Assembly: GCA_965224085.1 (NCBI GenBank)
Contig: CBDCYI010000009.1
Coordinates: 448,001 to 512,000, forward strand
Length of the DNA: 64,000 bases
Reading direction: 5' to 3'
Origin: Candidatus Marinacidobacterales bacterium
Lineage (GTDB): Bacteria > Acidobacteriota > Vicinamibacteria > Marinacidobacterales > SMYC01
The notes under the pieces were generated by a model. It was not told the origin of the DNA, did no database searches, and saw nothing but the letters and a program-made list of their open reading frames with translations. Position 1 is the stretch's first letter; every line of letters starts with the position of its first letter. Both the position numbers and the translations under genes were made by a program. Shown here piece after piece: positions 38,645-47,963 of the stretch.

Positions 38645-39838
38645 TTGGGGCATGTCATAAAAGCAAATCGCTTTCCCTTTCTGTTATTAGTGGCGTTTTT
38701 GGCCCTCTTGGGGCTCGCCGTGGGCTGCGCCTCCATCAAGAGGGTACAGTACACGCCAGACGAGGTCATCGCGAACCTCCGTACCCGAATTCCAGACGAG
38801 GACGTCCAGAAGATCGTCGTTCCCTATGACATCAACGACGAGATCCGGCAGGTCGCCATCGAGTCCGTCAAAGGCGTTCGCACCGACCACGACAAGACGC
38901 GAGCCATCGTCCACGCCATCGTCAGCCGTACCGGCATGTCGATCTCCTACGACTGGCTGTCGAACAAAACGGCACAGCAAGTTTTCTACGAAGGCACAGG
39001 CAGCTGTCTCGCCTACACGAACCTCTTTATAGGTATGGCTCGGGAAGTAGGCATCGACGCGGTCTACGTGGATGTCACCACCATCGAGACCATCTCGAAA
39101 GAAGCGGACGTCATCGTCAATAACGGCCACATCACCGGGGGCGTGCGTTACGGGCCGGAGCTCCGGATGATCGACTTTGACCGCACACCCGAAAGGGAAT
39201 ATATGGGCGCGAAAGTCATCGACGACTTCGAGGCGATCGCGAACTACTACAACAATCAAGGTTTTCTCTACGGCTACTTCGCTGAGACCGCTGGCGACCT
39301 CGGCGACAACTTCGACCCGAAGGCCGCCGAGCTCGAAATGTACGAGATGGCGCTCGACGTCTATCCGAACTATTACCGCGCCCTCAACAATCTCGGCGTC
39401 GCGCTCAAGAAGCGCGGGCTCGTCGACCGAGCCATCGAGAGTTATCTCCTCGCGCTTCAAGACGATCCCAAATTCGCCGAGGCGCGCTCGAACTTGGGCG
39501 CCGCTTATTACTCGCTAGGCCGCGTGGACGACGCGATCCGCGAGTTCGAATTGGCGGCCAAAGCGAGCGGATCGAACGCTTATTACTACCATCACCTCGG
39601 GGTTATCCAGTTCCAGCAGGGAAATTACAAAGACGCTCTCGACCACTTCAAAAAGGCCGTGTCGCGAGACAGAAGCATTGCGGATGCCCGCTACTACGTA
39701 GGCGAGTCCTACATGAAGCTCGGCAATCAGAAAAAAGCGATCGAGGCCTATCGCAAGACTCTCGAAACCGATCCGAACCATCTCTCGGCGCGCGCCAAGC
39801 TTGACAGGCTCGTCGTGTCTGCCAACAAGTCACCGTAA
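38645..39838 (+). CDS. Lipoprotein with transglutaminase-like domain and TPR repeats
   Basis: Lipobox-like LAVGC; GSCLAYTNLFIGMAR, GHI, IDF (Cys-His-Asp triad); NNLGV and NLGAAY TPRs; start uncertain. Confidence 0.75.
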   Translation: MGHVIKANRFPFLLLVAFLALLGLAVGCASIKRVQYTPDEVIANLRTRIPDEDVQKIVVPYDINDEIRQVAIESVKGVRTDHDKTRAIVHAIVSRTGMSISYDWLSNKTAQQVFYEGTGSCLAYTNLFIGMAREVGIDAVYVDVTTIETISKEADVIVNNGHITGGVRYGPELRMIDFDRTPEREYMGAKVIDDFEAIANYYNNQGFLYGYFAETAGDLGDNFDPKAAELEMYEMALDVYPNYYRALNNLGVALKKRGLVDRAIESYLLALQDDPKFAEARSNLGAAYYSLGRVDDAIREFELAAKASGSNAYYYHHLGVIQFQQGNYKDALDHFKKAVSRDRSIADARYYVGESYMKLGNQKKAIEAYRKTLETDPNHLSARAKLDRLVVSANKSP

Positions 39839-39841
39839 GCC

Positions 39842-39878
39842 CCGCCTACGCCCTTCGGGCTTCGGCGAGGTGAACCCG
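39842..39878. repeat. REP-like palindrome, copy 2
   Basis: CCGCCTACGCCCTTCGGGCTTCGGCGAGGTGAACCCG directly after a stop codon. Confidence 0.6.
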
Positions 39879-39903
39879 CTTCCGAGTCCTCCCTGCCACA
39901 CCC

Positions 39904-39925
39904 TGCTATAATCCCGCGAAGGAGG
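39904..39925 (+). promoter_or_regulatory. Extended -10 promoter and Shine-Dalgarno of hflX
   Basis: TGCTATAAT at 39904-39912; GGAGG at 39921-39925. Confidence 0.7.
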
Positions 39926-39935
39926 GTCGCTAGCG

Positions 39936-41600
39936 ATTCACAGACTCGAAGGAAACGTCACGGGCTTGAAAGGCCGGCAAAAAAAGCAGCTCGAAAAGCT
40001 CTACATGCGCCGGTTGCCCCCGCGAGAGCTCGTAACGCAAGACTTTGCGCGCCGCCTCACGGAAATCTCCCGGGAGATCCGCCGCCAGGTCGGTGTTCTC
40101 GTAACCCGCAAAGGTGAGGTCGAGTGGGTCATCGTAGGTAGCGCCAAGCAGATCGTCCTCCCCGATTTGAAACGCCTCCGCGTCGCGGAGCGGCGCTTTC
40201 GCGGCCTTCGCTGTCTGCACACGCATCTTTCGAAAGAACCGTTGACCCGGGACGATCTCACGGATCTCGCGCTTCTTCGGCTCGACGCGATGTGCGCCAT
40301 CGAAGCGCTCGACGACGGACTTCCCGGGATCGTGCGGACCGCCCATCTCACGCCGGCATCTGCAGGGGACAACGGTTCCGAGCCGTGGGAGCTTATGCCA
40401 GAAGCACTCCCCAGTCAGATCGACCTCGACTTCGTCGAGTTCATCACCCATCTCGAGGAAGAATTCGCGGAAAAACGCGGCGAGCACCATCGATTCGACC
40501 AGCGCGAGCGTGCGATTCTCGTCGGCGTGACGACCGGAAGTGTTTCAGAACAACGCGAGCGCCTCGCGGAGCTCGGGGAGCTCGCCCAATTTACGGACGT
40601 CGTCGTTCTCGACACGCTGGTACAGCGACGGGCCAAGCTCGATCGGCGCTACCTCGTCGGCAAAGGCAAGATCGAGGAGCTCGTCATCCAGTCGCTTCAA
40701 AAAGGCGCGGACCTCATCATCTTCGACCGAAACCTCACGCCGGCGCAGGTGCGCTCGATCGCGGCGGCGACCGACTTGAAGATTCTCGACCGGACTCAGC
40801 TCATTCTCGACATCTTCGCCCGACGCGCGCAGAGCCGGGAAGGCAAGCTCCAGGTCGAACTCGCGCAGCTGCGCTACATGCTCCCGCGTCTCACCGAGAT
40901 GGACACCGCACTGTCGCGTCTGACGGGAGGCATCGGAGGCCGCGGCCCCGGCGAAACGAAGCTCGAGATCGATCGACGGCGCGCGCGTGACCGCGTCGCC
41001 AGACTCCAGAGATCGATCGAGGAGATTCGGCGCAAGCGGGGTGAACGGCGCAAAAGACGTCTGGGTAAGGGGCTCCCAATCGTGACGCTCGTTGGCTACA
41101 CGAATGCGGGCAAGTCGAGTCTACTGAACAGGCTCACAGAAAGCACCGTGGCTGCCGGAAACCGCATGTTCGAAACGCTCGATCCGACGACCCGGCGTTT
41201 GCGCGTGCCGGTCGAGAAGGAGGTGCTTCTCGCCGATACGGTCGGGTTCATTCGAGACTTGCCGCCGGAGCTCATCGAGGCCTTTCGTGCGACGCTCGAA
41301 GAGATCGAGACCTCAGTTTTGATCCTGCATGTCGTCGACGCTTCGTCGCCCGAGTCTCGTGAGCGCATGGACTCCGTCGCGACGATTCTCTCGGAGCTCG
41401 AGCTCGACGACATCCCGCAGCTCGTCATATTTAACAAGAGTGACCTCTTGTCTTGCGACGAACGTGCCGCGCTCGGCTGGCTGCCCGATTCCATCGTTGT
41501 TTCGGCGCTGACGGGTGATGGCATGGACGCGGTCGTCGCGCGCGTCGGCGCGTTCGTGAAGACACCCCAACCCGTCGTCAGCTATCCCAGCTCTTCGTAG
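39936..41600 (+). CDS. hflX: GTPase HflX, long form, probable ATT start
   Basis: ILDRTQLILDIFA, EGKLQVELAQL, GRGPGETKLE, GYTNAGKS, DTVGFI, NKSD. Confidence 0.95.
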   Translation: MHRLEGNVTGLKGRQKKQLEKLYMRRLPPRELVTQDFARRLTEISREIRRQVGVLVTRKGEVEWVIVGSAKQIVLPDLKRLRVAERRFRGLRCLHTHLSKEPLTRDDLTDLALLRLDAMCAIEALDDGLPGIVRTAHLTPASAGDNGSEPWELMPEALPSQIDLDFVEFITHLEEEFAEKRGEHHRFDQRERAILVGVTTGSVSEQRERLAELGELAQFTDVVVLDTLVQRRAKLDRRYLVGKGKIEELVIQSLQKGADLIIFDRNLTPAQVRSIAAATDLKILDRTQLILDIFARRAQSREGKLQVELAQLRYMLPRLTEMDTALSRLTGGIGGRGPGETKLEIDRRRARDRVARLQRSIEEIRRKRGERRKRRLGKGLPIVTLVGYTNAGKSSLLNRLTESTVAAGNRMFETLDPTTRRLRVPVEKEVLLADTVGFIRDLPPELIEAFRATLEEIETSVLILHVVDASSPESRERMDSVATILSELELDDIPQLVIFNKSDLLSCDERAALGWLPDSIVVSALTGDGMDAVVARVGAFVKTPQPVVSYPSSS

Positions 41601-42508
41601 AGACGGCAGTAGCTGTCGTAGCGCTCGCGAGCAATCCTCCCGTCCTCCACCGCGCCTTTTACCACGCAGTGCGGCTCCGGTATGTGACTGCATGACGCGA
41701 AATGGCACTGGTGGAGCAGCGGACGGAACTCGATGAAGCCTTCGGCGAGCTTCGGACGCTCGATGTGGCCCAGTGAAAGCTCGCGGACGCCGGGCGTGTC
41801 GACGAGCTCCCCGCCAAAGTCTAAACTGAAAAGAGTCGAGGCCGTAGTCGTGTGGCGGCCTTTTCCGTGACGATCGACACGCGCGCTCGAGAGTTGAAGC
41901 CCCGGCTGTATCGCGGCCGCGAGCTTTGATTTGCCAACGCCCGAATGTCCCGTTAGCACCGATCGTTTGTCTTTCAAGAGCGCTCGGAGCTCGTCGTGCC
42001 CCGCTTCGGTCTTGGCGCTCGTGAAGATGACGGGATAGCCGAGCGCGCGGTAAAGCTCGAGCTCGGCGCGGGCTTCGACGAGAGCTTGGTCGTCGCCGAG
42101 ATCGATCTTGTTCAGACACAAGGCAGGCGCGATAGCGGCGTCATGCGCAATGACGAGAAAACGGTCGATGAGCCCCGCCTTGAAGCGCGGACGCTCGAGA
42201 GCGGAGACGATGACGATCTGATCGACGTTCGCCGCCAGCACTTGCAGTGATGGCTTTCGCTTGCCAACTTGTCGCACGATCGCCGTACGGCGTGGCAGCA
42301 CGGCGTGGATGACGCCTTTCGACGTGCTGAGAGGAGTGAGCTCGACGCGGTCGCCGACCGCCAGTTGGTTGCGCTCACCCGAGCCGTCGCCCGTGAAGAG
42401 CCTGCCGCGCAGATAGCAATCGAAGCTCTTCGTCTCCGTGTGTACGGACACTTCCTTCCCCAGGATTCTGCAGACAGTTCCGACCTCGACGTCGGTAGGC
42501 TCGAGCAT
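41582..42508 (-). CDS. rsgA: Ribosome small subunit-dependent GTPase A
   Basis: AVGDRV, AANVD, NKID, GHSGVGKS, GRHTT, DTPG, CHFASCSH..EPHC. Confidence 0.95.
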   Translation of the reverse strand: MLEPTDVEVGTVCRILGKEVSVHTETKSFDCYLRGRLFTGDGSGERNQLAVGDRVELTPLSTSKGVIHAVLPRRTAIVRQVGKRKPSLQVLAANVDQIVIVSALERPRFKAGLIDRFLVIAHDAAIAPALCLNKIDLGDDQALVEARAELELYRALGYPVIFTSAKTEAGHDELRALLKDKRSVLTGHSGVGKSKLAAAIQPGLQLSSARVDRHGKGRHTTTASTLFSLDFGGELVDTPGVRELSLGHIERPKLAEGFIEFRPLLHQCHFASCSHIPEPHCVVKGAVEDGRIARERYDSYCRLYEELG

Positions 42509-42590
42509 GGCTATTTCGGGTGAAGCGAGGCGAGCCGCCATGCTATATTCGTTGCCGAACCGCTGTCAAAAACAAGGCCGGCCCATCCAC

Positions 42591-43727
42591 GTGAAACGCC
42601 CCTCGATTCTGATCAGCTGCGGTGAGGCGTCGGGAGACCTCTATGCCTCCGAGCTGTTGAAAGAGCTGAAAAGGCTCGAGCCCACCTGCGAAGCCTTCGG
42701 CCTTTTCGGCGAGCGTACGGAGGCCGCCGGTGCTACGCCTATCGTCCGGCTCGAGGAGATCTCGGTCATCGGCCTCGTCGAGGTCGTGAGCAAACTCCCC
42801 GCTCTTTTGAGCGCGATGCGCCGCCTCTCGACCGCGGCGCTTTCGAGACGCCCGGACGTCGCCGTGCTCGTCGACTTCTCCGGGTTCAATCTTCGGCTGG
42901 CAAAGCGACTGGAAGCGCTCGGGATCCCCATCGTCTATTACGTCAGTCCACAAGTCTGGGCTTGGCGCCGAGGGAGGGTCCGAACGATTCGAAAGCTCGT
43001 GGACGAGATGCTCGTGATCCTTCCCTTTGAGAAGAGCTTCTATGAAAAAGAAGGTGTGAGGGTCCGCTATGTCGGCCATCCCCTCGTGGATCTCGTGTCG
43101 GCATCGGAAAAGCGTGAGGCTTTCTGCCGCCGTCATTCTCTCGATGCTACGCGGCCGATCGTGGCGGTCCTACCCGGGAGTCGCCGGAGCGAGATCGAGC
43201 TTCACGTTCCGTTCCTACGCGACAGCATCGAAGTGTTGTCGCGAAAACAGCCGGAGCTGCAATTTGTCGTCAGCCGCGCACCGACCGTGCCAACGGGGAC
43301 GCTCGTCGATCGACTCGGACTGGCGTTAGATCGTGTGCGCCTCATGAACGGGAGCGTCCACGACGGCCTCGCGCATGCCGCCGTCGCGATCGTGGCCTCC
43401 GGCACGGCCCCGGTGGAGGCCGCGCTTCTCGGCACACCGATGGTGGTCGTCTACCGCGTGAGCCGCGCGAGCTACCTTCTCGGGAAACCTTTCGTCGATG
43501 TGCCGTTTTATTCGATGGTCAACCTCATCGCGGAGCGCGAGCTCGTGCCTGAGCTGATTCAAGACGCGATGACACCGGCCAATATCGTCGAGCAAGTTTT
43601 AGGCTTGATGCAAGACGACCGCGCCGCGTCGATGCGCGCCGGGCTTCTGGACATGAAACAGCGGCTTGGCGGCGGCGGTGCGTCGCTTCGTGCGGCCGAA
43701 GCTGTGCTCTCACACGTCGAGCTATGA
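42591..43727 (+). CDS. lpxB: Lipid-A-disaccharide synthase
   Basis: GEASGD, YYVSPQVWAWR, ILPFE, VGHP, LPGSRRSE, ASGT, PELIQ. Confidence 0.95.
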   Translation: MKRPSILISCGEASGDLYASELLKELKRLEPTCEAFGLFGERTEAAGATPIVRLEEISVIGLVEVVSKLPALLSAMRRLSTAALSRRPDVAVLVDFSGFNLRLAKRLEALGIPIVYYVSPQVWAWRRGRVRTIRKLVDEMLVILPFEKSFYEKEGVRVRYVGHPLVDLVSASEKREAFCRRHSLDATRPIVAVLPGSRRSEIELHVPFLRDSIEVLSRKQPELQFVVSRAPTVPTGTLVDRLGLALDRVRLMNGSVHDGLAHAAVAIVASGTAPVEAALLGTPMVVVYRVSRASYLLGKPFVDVPFYSMVNLIAERELVPELIQDAMTPANIVEQVLGLMQDDRAASMRAGLLDMKQRLGGGGASLRAAEAVLSHVEL

Positions 43728-43753
43728 TAGAGATTCTTTGACTTCAAGGAGGC

Positions 43754-44323
43754 ATGTTCATGCGATGCATCTGGACGCGGCTATCGGTGTTGCTTGCCGC
43801 ATTGTCTTTCCTCACCGCCGGCCCCAGCTACATCGAGGCGGGATCGGTTGTGGCCTACAACCTCGAGCAAATGACGGACCGCGCCGATTTGATCTTTATG
43901 GGCCATGTGGTGGGCAAGCGCGCAGAGTGGAGCGCCGATCGAGCCCGCATTTACACGTTGGTGACATTCGAAGTCGACGACTACTTGAAAGGCGGTAACG
44001 AGGCGCGGGTTACCACCGTGCGTCTTCTTGGAGGACAGGTTGGGCGTTATCTGGCCATGGTGTCCGGAACACCTCAATTCGGAATCGGCGAAGAGGTGCT
44101 CCTGTTTTGCGCGGGGGGCGGCGCAAGAATTCCGTCGGTACTCGGGCTCTCACTCGGCAAGTTCTCCATCACGACCGACGGCAGCGGCGAACGCATCGTG
44201 AAGCGCGACATTTCGACGTTGATGGTCGCGAACCACAATACTCGAGCGCGCAAGCCGGACGATCCGATCACACGCTATCGCCTCGCGGATATCCGATCGC
44301 GGATCGAGGTGTATCAACGATGA
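43754..44323 (+). CDS. Hypothetical secreted protein (possible propeptide-like partner of the downstream protease)
   Basis: Signal peptide; ADLIFMGHV, IYTLVTFEV, LLGGQVG, GEEVLLF; stop overlaps next start. Confidence 0.7.
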   Translation: MFMRCIWTRLSVLLAALSFLTAGPSYIEAGSVVAYNLEQMTDRADLIFMGHVVGKRAEWSADRARIYTLVTFEVDDYLKGGNEARVTTVRLLGGQVGRYLAMVSGTPQFGIGEEVLLFCAGGGARIPSVLGLSLGKFSITTDGSGERIVKRDISTLMVANHNTRARKPDDPITRYRLADIRSRIEVYQR

Positions 44324-45339
44324 AGGCGCGCACCTTCTCAGCCGGTCTCATCGCTTTGGCGCTACTCGTTTTCGTCCCAGGCTCGGGCGCCTATCACATC
44401 ATTCAGCACGTCTCACCGTCCGGAGACGAAGTCGAGCTCGGCTGGGACACGAGCCTCGGCCCAGTCCCGTACTTCGTGAACAACAAGACACCGCTCGACT
44501 TCACTCTCCAGGAAGCTGTGCAGGCCATCGAACAGTCCTATCAGACGTGGGAGGACGTGGAGACGGCGACGGTTACGTTCGAGCTGGCCGGCCTCACCAG
44601 CGCGGAACCGTTCGACTTCTTCGACGAAAGGAGCACGCTTGGCTTCACTTCCGATCCGGATCTCGCATCTCCCGGCGTGCTCGGAGCGACACTTCAGGTC
44701 ATCGACATCTTCACGGGCGAGATCGTCGAAGCGGACGTTTTTTTCAGCAACAACTTCATCTGGTCGGTCGACCCGAATGGAGCCCCCGGTACGTTCGATT
44801 TGGTCTCGGTCGCAACGCATGAGATCGGCCATTTCTTTGGGCTCGACCACTCGCACGTCGGCTTCATGGAGAACGAAGGCTTCGATCGTCAACTCGTCTC
44901 CGGCGCGGCGATCATGTTTCCCTTTTCTTTCGGTCCCGACAACGTCGAGGGCCGCACGCTCACCGACGACGACGTGACGGGCATTTCCGTCATGTACCCG
45001 ACGGGTGCTTTCATCCAGCAGAGGGGACGACTCGCGGGCCGGGTGACGAAAGGAGGCCGAGGAGTGGCGTTCGCCCACGTTGTTGTGTTCAACCCGTTCA
45101 CGGGAGAAACGATTGCCGGCTTCGCGGACGATACGGGGGCGTACGAGATCCGAGGCCTGCCATCGGGCCCCGTGACCGTGCGCGTGAACCCGATATCCGA
45201 CCCCACTTCGCCCGAAGATTTCGGGTTTTCATCGAACATCGCGGATCTCGACTTTCGCGACGCGCTCTTTGTCGGCGGCTCCGCCCAAGTCGTGCCTTCG
45301 GACACGACGACAGGTATCGACATCGAGGTGCAACCGTGA
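44320..45339 (+). CDS. Matrixin/M10-like metzincin metalloprotease with C-terminal carboxypeptidase-regulatory-like domain
   Basis: HEIGHFFGLDH, Met-turn AIMFP, EADVFF. Confidence 0.85.
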   Translation: MKARTFSAGLIALALLVFVPGSGAYHIIQHVSPSGDEVELGWDTSLGPVPYFVNNKTPLDFTLQEAVQAIEQSYQTWEDVETATVTFELAGLTSAEPFDFFDERSTLGFTSDPDLASPGVLGATLQVIDIFTGEIVEADVFFSNNFIWSVDPNGAPGTFDLVSVATHEIGHFFGLDHSHVGFMENEGFDRQLVSGAAIMFPFSFGPDNVEGRTLTDDDVTGISVMYPTGAFIQQRGRLAGRVTKGGRGVAFAHVVVFNPFTGETIAGFADDTGAYEIRGLPSGPVTVRVNPISDPTSPEDFGFSSNIADLDFRDALFVGGSAQVVPSDTTTGIDIEVQP

Positions 45340-46010
45340 GAGGTGCCGTGGCGACGTCGTCCGTTTTGTGTGCCTTCCTGATGGCCACGGCGGCGAGCGC
45401 GCAGTTCGAGGTCAATCCAACGGCTCGGGGTCAATCCAAGCCAAAACGGTTCGAGGTGTCCGGGTTCATCGGCATGCTGTCGGTAAACCAGAGTCTCGGG
45501 ACGGCCACGAACATCTATCAGACGGTGACCGGCGAGGCGGAGAATATCGATTTCGGAAAACTCCTAGGATTCAGAGCGAGCTGGGCTTTCACATCTATGA
45601 TCACTGCCGAGTTCAACGTGTCTCGTGGCAACAACACCCATGCGCTCACCGTCGACGACGAAACGGTCGGCACAGAGAATCTTGCCGAACAGTTCGAGAC
45701 CGATCAGCTCTTTTTAGGCGGCAACCTCATCCTCCAGTTTCCACGGGGCCACTTCGTGCCCTACGTCACCGGCGGCGGCGGACTTCACCGAATGACGCCA
45801 ACGAGCCCAATTGCCGAAATCGAGCACGTCTCCGCGTTCGACATCAACTTTGGCGGCGGCACCAAGCTCTGGTTTCCATCGCCGGACCGACTGGCCGTAC
45901 GCGTCGACCTGCGCTATCACACGGCGACGGTCGGCATCACGTTTCCTGGTGGCTCGTCGAAACCGAAAGGACTCGAGCTCACCATCGGCGCTTCCATCGC
46001 CATTTTCTAG
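45336..46010 (+). CDS. Outer-membrane beta-barrel protein
   Basis: Signal peptide; PYVTGGGG, INFGGG, C-terminal Phe. Confidence 0.75.
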   Translation: MRGAVATSSVLCAFLMATAASAQFEVNPTARGQSKPKRFEVSGFIGMLSVNQSLGTATNIYQTVTGEAENIDFGKLLGFRASWAFTSMITAEFNVSRGNNTHALTVDDETVGTENLAEQFETDQLFLGGNLILQFPRGHFVPYVTGGGGLHRMTPTSPIAEIEHVSAFDINFGGGTKLWFPSPDRLAVRVDLRYHTATVGITFPGGSSKPKGLELTIGASIAIF

Positions 46011-46083
46011 TCGTCGCGCCGACGACCTTCCGGATGCGTGCGCCGTCACGCGACTCCGAGGCGTGAGGCGGGATGAAGCCGTC

Positions 46084-46112
46084 TTGACAGCGTCGATCCT
46101 GTGGTCTAACCT
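46084..46112 (+). promoter_or_regulatory. Sigma-70 promoter of tRNA-Thr
   Basis: TTGACA-17 nt-TAACCT. Confidence 0.65.
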
Positions 46113-46156
46113 TTCGACTTCGCCCCTTCCCTCGGGCGGGTGCCCACCTACAATAA

Positions 46157-46231
46157 GCCGGCGTAGCTCAGTGGTAGAGCAGCTGATTCGTAATCAGCAG
46201 GTCGGAAGTTCAAATCTTCTCGCCGGCTCCA
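46157..46231 (+). tRNA. tRNA-Thr(CGT)
   Basis: Acceptor stem GCCGGCG/CGCCGGC, anticodon arm GCTGA-TTCGTAA-TCAGC, GTTCAAA T-loop, encoded CCA. Confidence 0.97.
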
Positions 46232-46594
46232 GTAGTTTCAACAACTTACAGATATTTGCGGATGAGCAGTGACCAGCAAGTAGGCTTTTAGGGGACGTTT
46301 AGGGGACACGATGTCTTCGGGAGCTTTTCTGATTATCATGAACTCCACCCCCGCGACTTAGAGGACACTATCCTTGACATCCTTGAGCGCCTTGTCCACC
46401 AAACGCGAGCACTCGGGGCAGATCGCCGAGGACGTGGTGTATATCTCCGTGGTTTCGGCGCTTTTGCCGAAAGGCGAAAACTGAAACTCGGACCATCCAG
46501 CCTCTCGGTTTGGCACGCCAGTACGGTGACAAAAGAAACACACTTGCCCTGAGCCCGCGTTTCTATCCATTTGAACCTCGTAGGGTCAAGATAT

Positions 46595-46856
46595 TCATGC
46601 GGCTTCCCGATGGTAGAAACGGAGCAACCCCCCAAGGCGTTCACGGCACTGAATGGCGCCCTCTAGACCGTTAGTCTGAGCGATCGCGGGCTCGGGGAAC
46701 AATAAGAGATTGTCCTTGCCTTGATGATTCCTCTCGTGGTGATGATGGGCGACGTAGTCCTTCAGCGCGTGACGCAGGGAGTTCTCCCCGAACAAGATGA
46801 GCTTCGAAAGACATTCCTCTTTGACCGATCTCACCCAGCGCTCCGCGAACGCATTT
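46595..46856 (-). pseudogene. rve integrase-core transposase, C-terminal fragment
   Basis: NAFAERWVRSVKEECL, HHERNHQG, RERLGGLLRFYHREAA. Confidence 0.8.
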
Positions 46857-47085
46857 GGCTGTACCGTCGACTGCACTTGATAAGAGCTCTGCGTCAGAAC
46901 GTTTTCGGATAACGCATCCATTCCACCCGTATGTGGGCGAGGAGTACGAGCTCGTCGTTTGGCGGCAAAACTGGAGCGAAGAGAGGCTCTACTTCGAGGA
47001 CGGTAGAGGGCGATTGAGGTCGGTCCCAGTACATTGGACGGATCTGGCAGCGGAAGATACCGTTGTCATCGTGGGTGCGGGGCGA
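46855..47085 (+). pseudogene. DUF5372/Y4bD-like small protein fragment
   Basis: FRITHPFHP..GEEYELV..SVPVHWTD. Confidence 0.6.
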
Positions 47086-47157
47086 TTGTCCAGCGTCAAC
47101 TACCTTTCCCGCTCGTGTTGCCTCATTCGAAAATCGCACCGGTCGTGAACTCTTGCC

Positions 47158-47963
47158 GGTATTGTCAAGTTGACGTTGAGCGAGCGAACCTATCGCGTCG
47201 AGCTGACTTCCTTTGCTCTCATCGGACGGCACAGGTTACCTCCTGCCAGACGATGAAAGCGCGGTCTCGTAGCTCCCGATGATGATGCGCTTGCAACAAA
47301 TGCCGTCCGACGCGAAAGAGATTTTGCACGAGTCCATGCACGGTCAAGAATCGTTGCGCCTGCCCAGGAGCTTTAAACTTCCGCATCTGTCGTTCCCGTT
47401 GTCGCGTCGGTTCGTGCGAGACTTCGGCTAGGTTGTTTCTGTACTGGTCAGTGTCGTGGACGACGGACGGCATGACCTCGCGGTGAGCGGCGCTGTAGCT
47501 TCTCAGTTTGTCGGTGACCAGCTGCCAGGGCGGGCGGCCTTGCCCCTTCAACAGCTTGCGGAAGAATCGTTTGGCGGCTTTCTGATCACGGCGAGGCTGG
47601 ACGAGGATATCGATTACATCACCATCTTGGTCTACCGCGCGCCAGAGGTATTGGCGTTCACCTTGTATCTTTATGAAGACCTCGTCCAGGTGCCATGTGT
47701 CACCGAGACGACCCTGCCGACGCTTCAGTCGCCGAGCGTATTCCGGCCCGAACTTAATGCACCACAGTCGGACCGCTTCGTAAGAAACCGTGATGCCTCG
47801 CTGAGCGAGCAACTCTTCGACGTTTCGAAAGCTCACGCAGAATCGGTGGTAGAGCCAGACGGCGTGGCTGATGATTTCCGGTGGAAATCGATAGCCGTGG
47901 TAGCTTGGCGCATCGGTCTTCATTGGACCATTCTGTCAGTCATCAGCTCAATTTGACAATACC
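47158..47963 (-). mobile_element. IS6-family element, 806 bp
   Basis: TIR GGTATTGTCAAGTTGA / TCAATTTGACAATACC. Confidence 0.92.
47219..47923 (-). CDS. IS6-family transposase
   Basis: GYRFPPEII, WHLDEVF, YLWRAVD, TDKLRSY, NNLAEVSH. Confidence 0.95.
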   Translation of the reverse strand: MKTDAPSYHGYRFPPEIISHAVWLYHRFCVSFRNVEELLAQRGITVSYEAVRLWCIKFGPEYARRLKRRQGRLGDTWHLDEVFIKIQGERQYLWRAVDQDGDVIDILVQPRRDQKAAKRFFRKLLKGQGRPPWQLVTDKLRSYSAAHREVMPSVVHDTDQYRNNLAEVSHEPTRQRERQMRKFKAPGQAQRFLTVHGLVQNLFRVGRHLLQAHHHRELRDRAFIVWQEVTCAVR

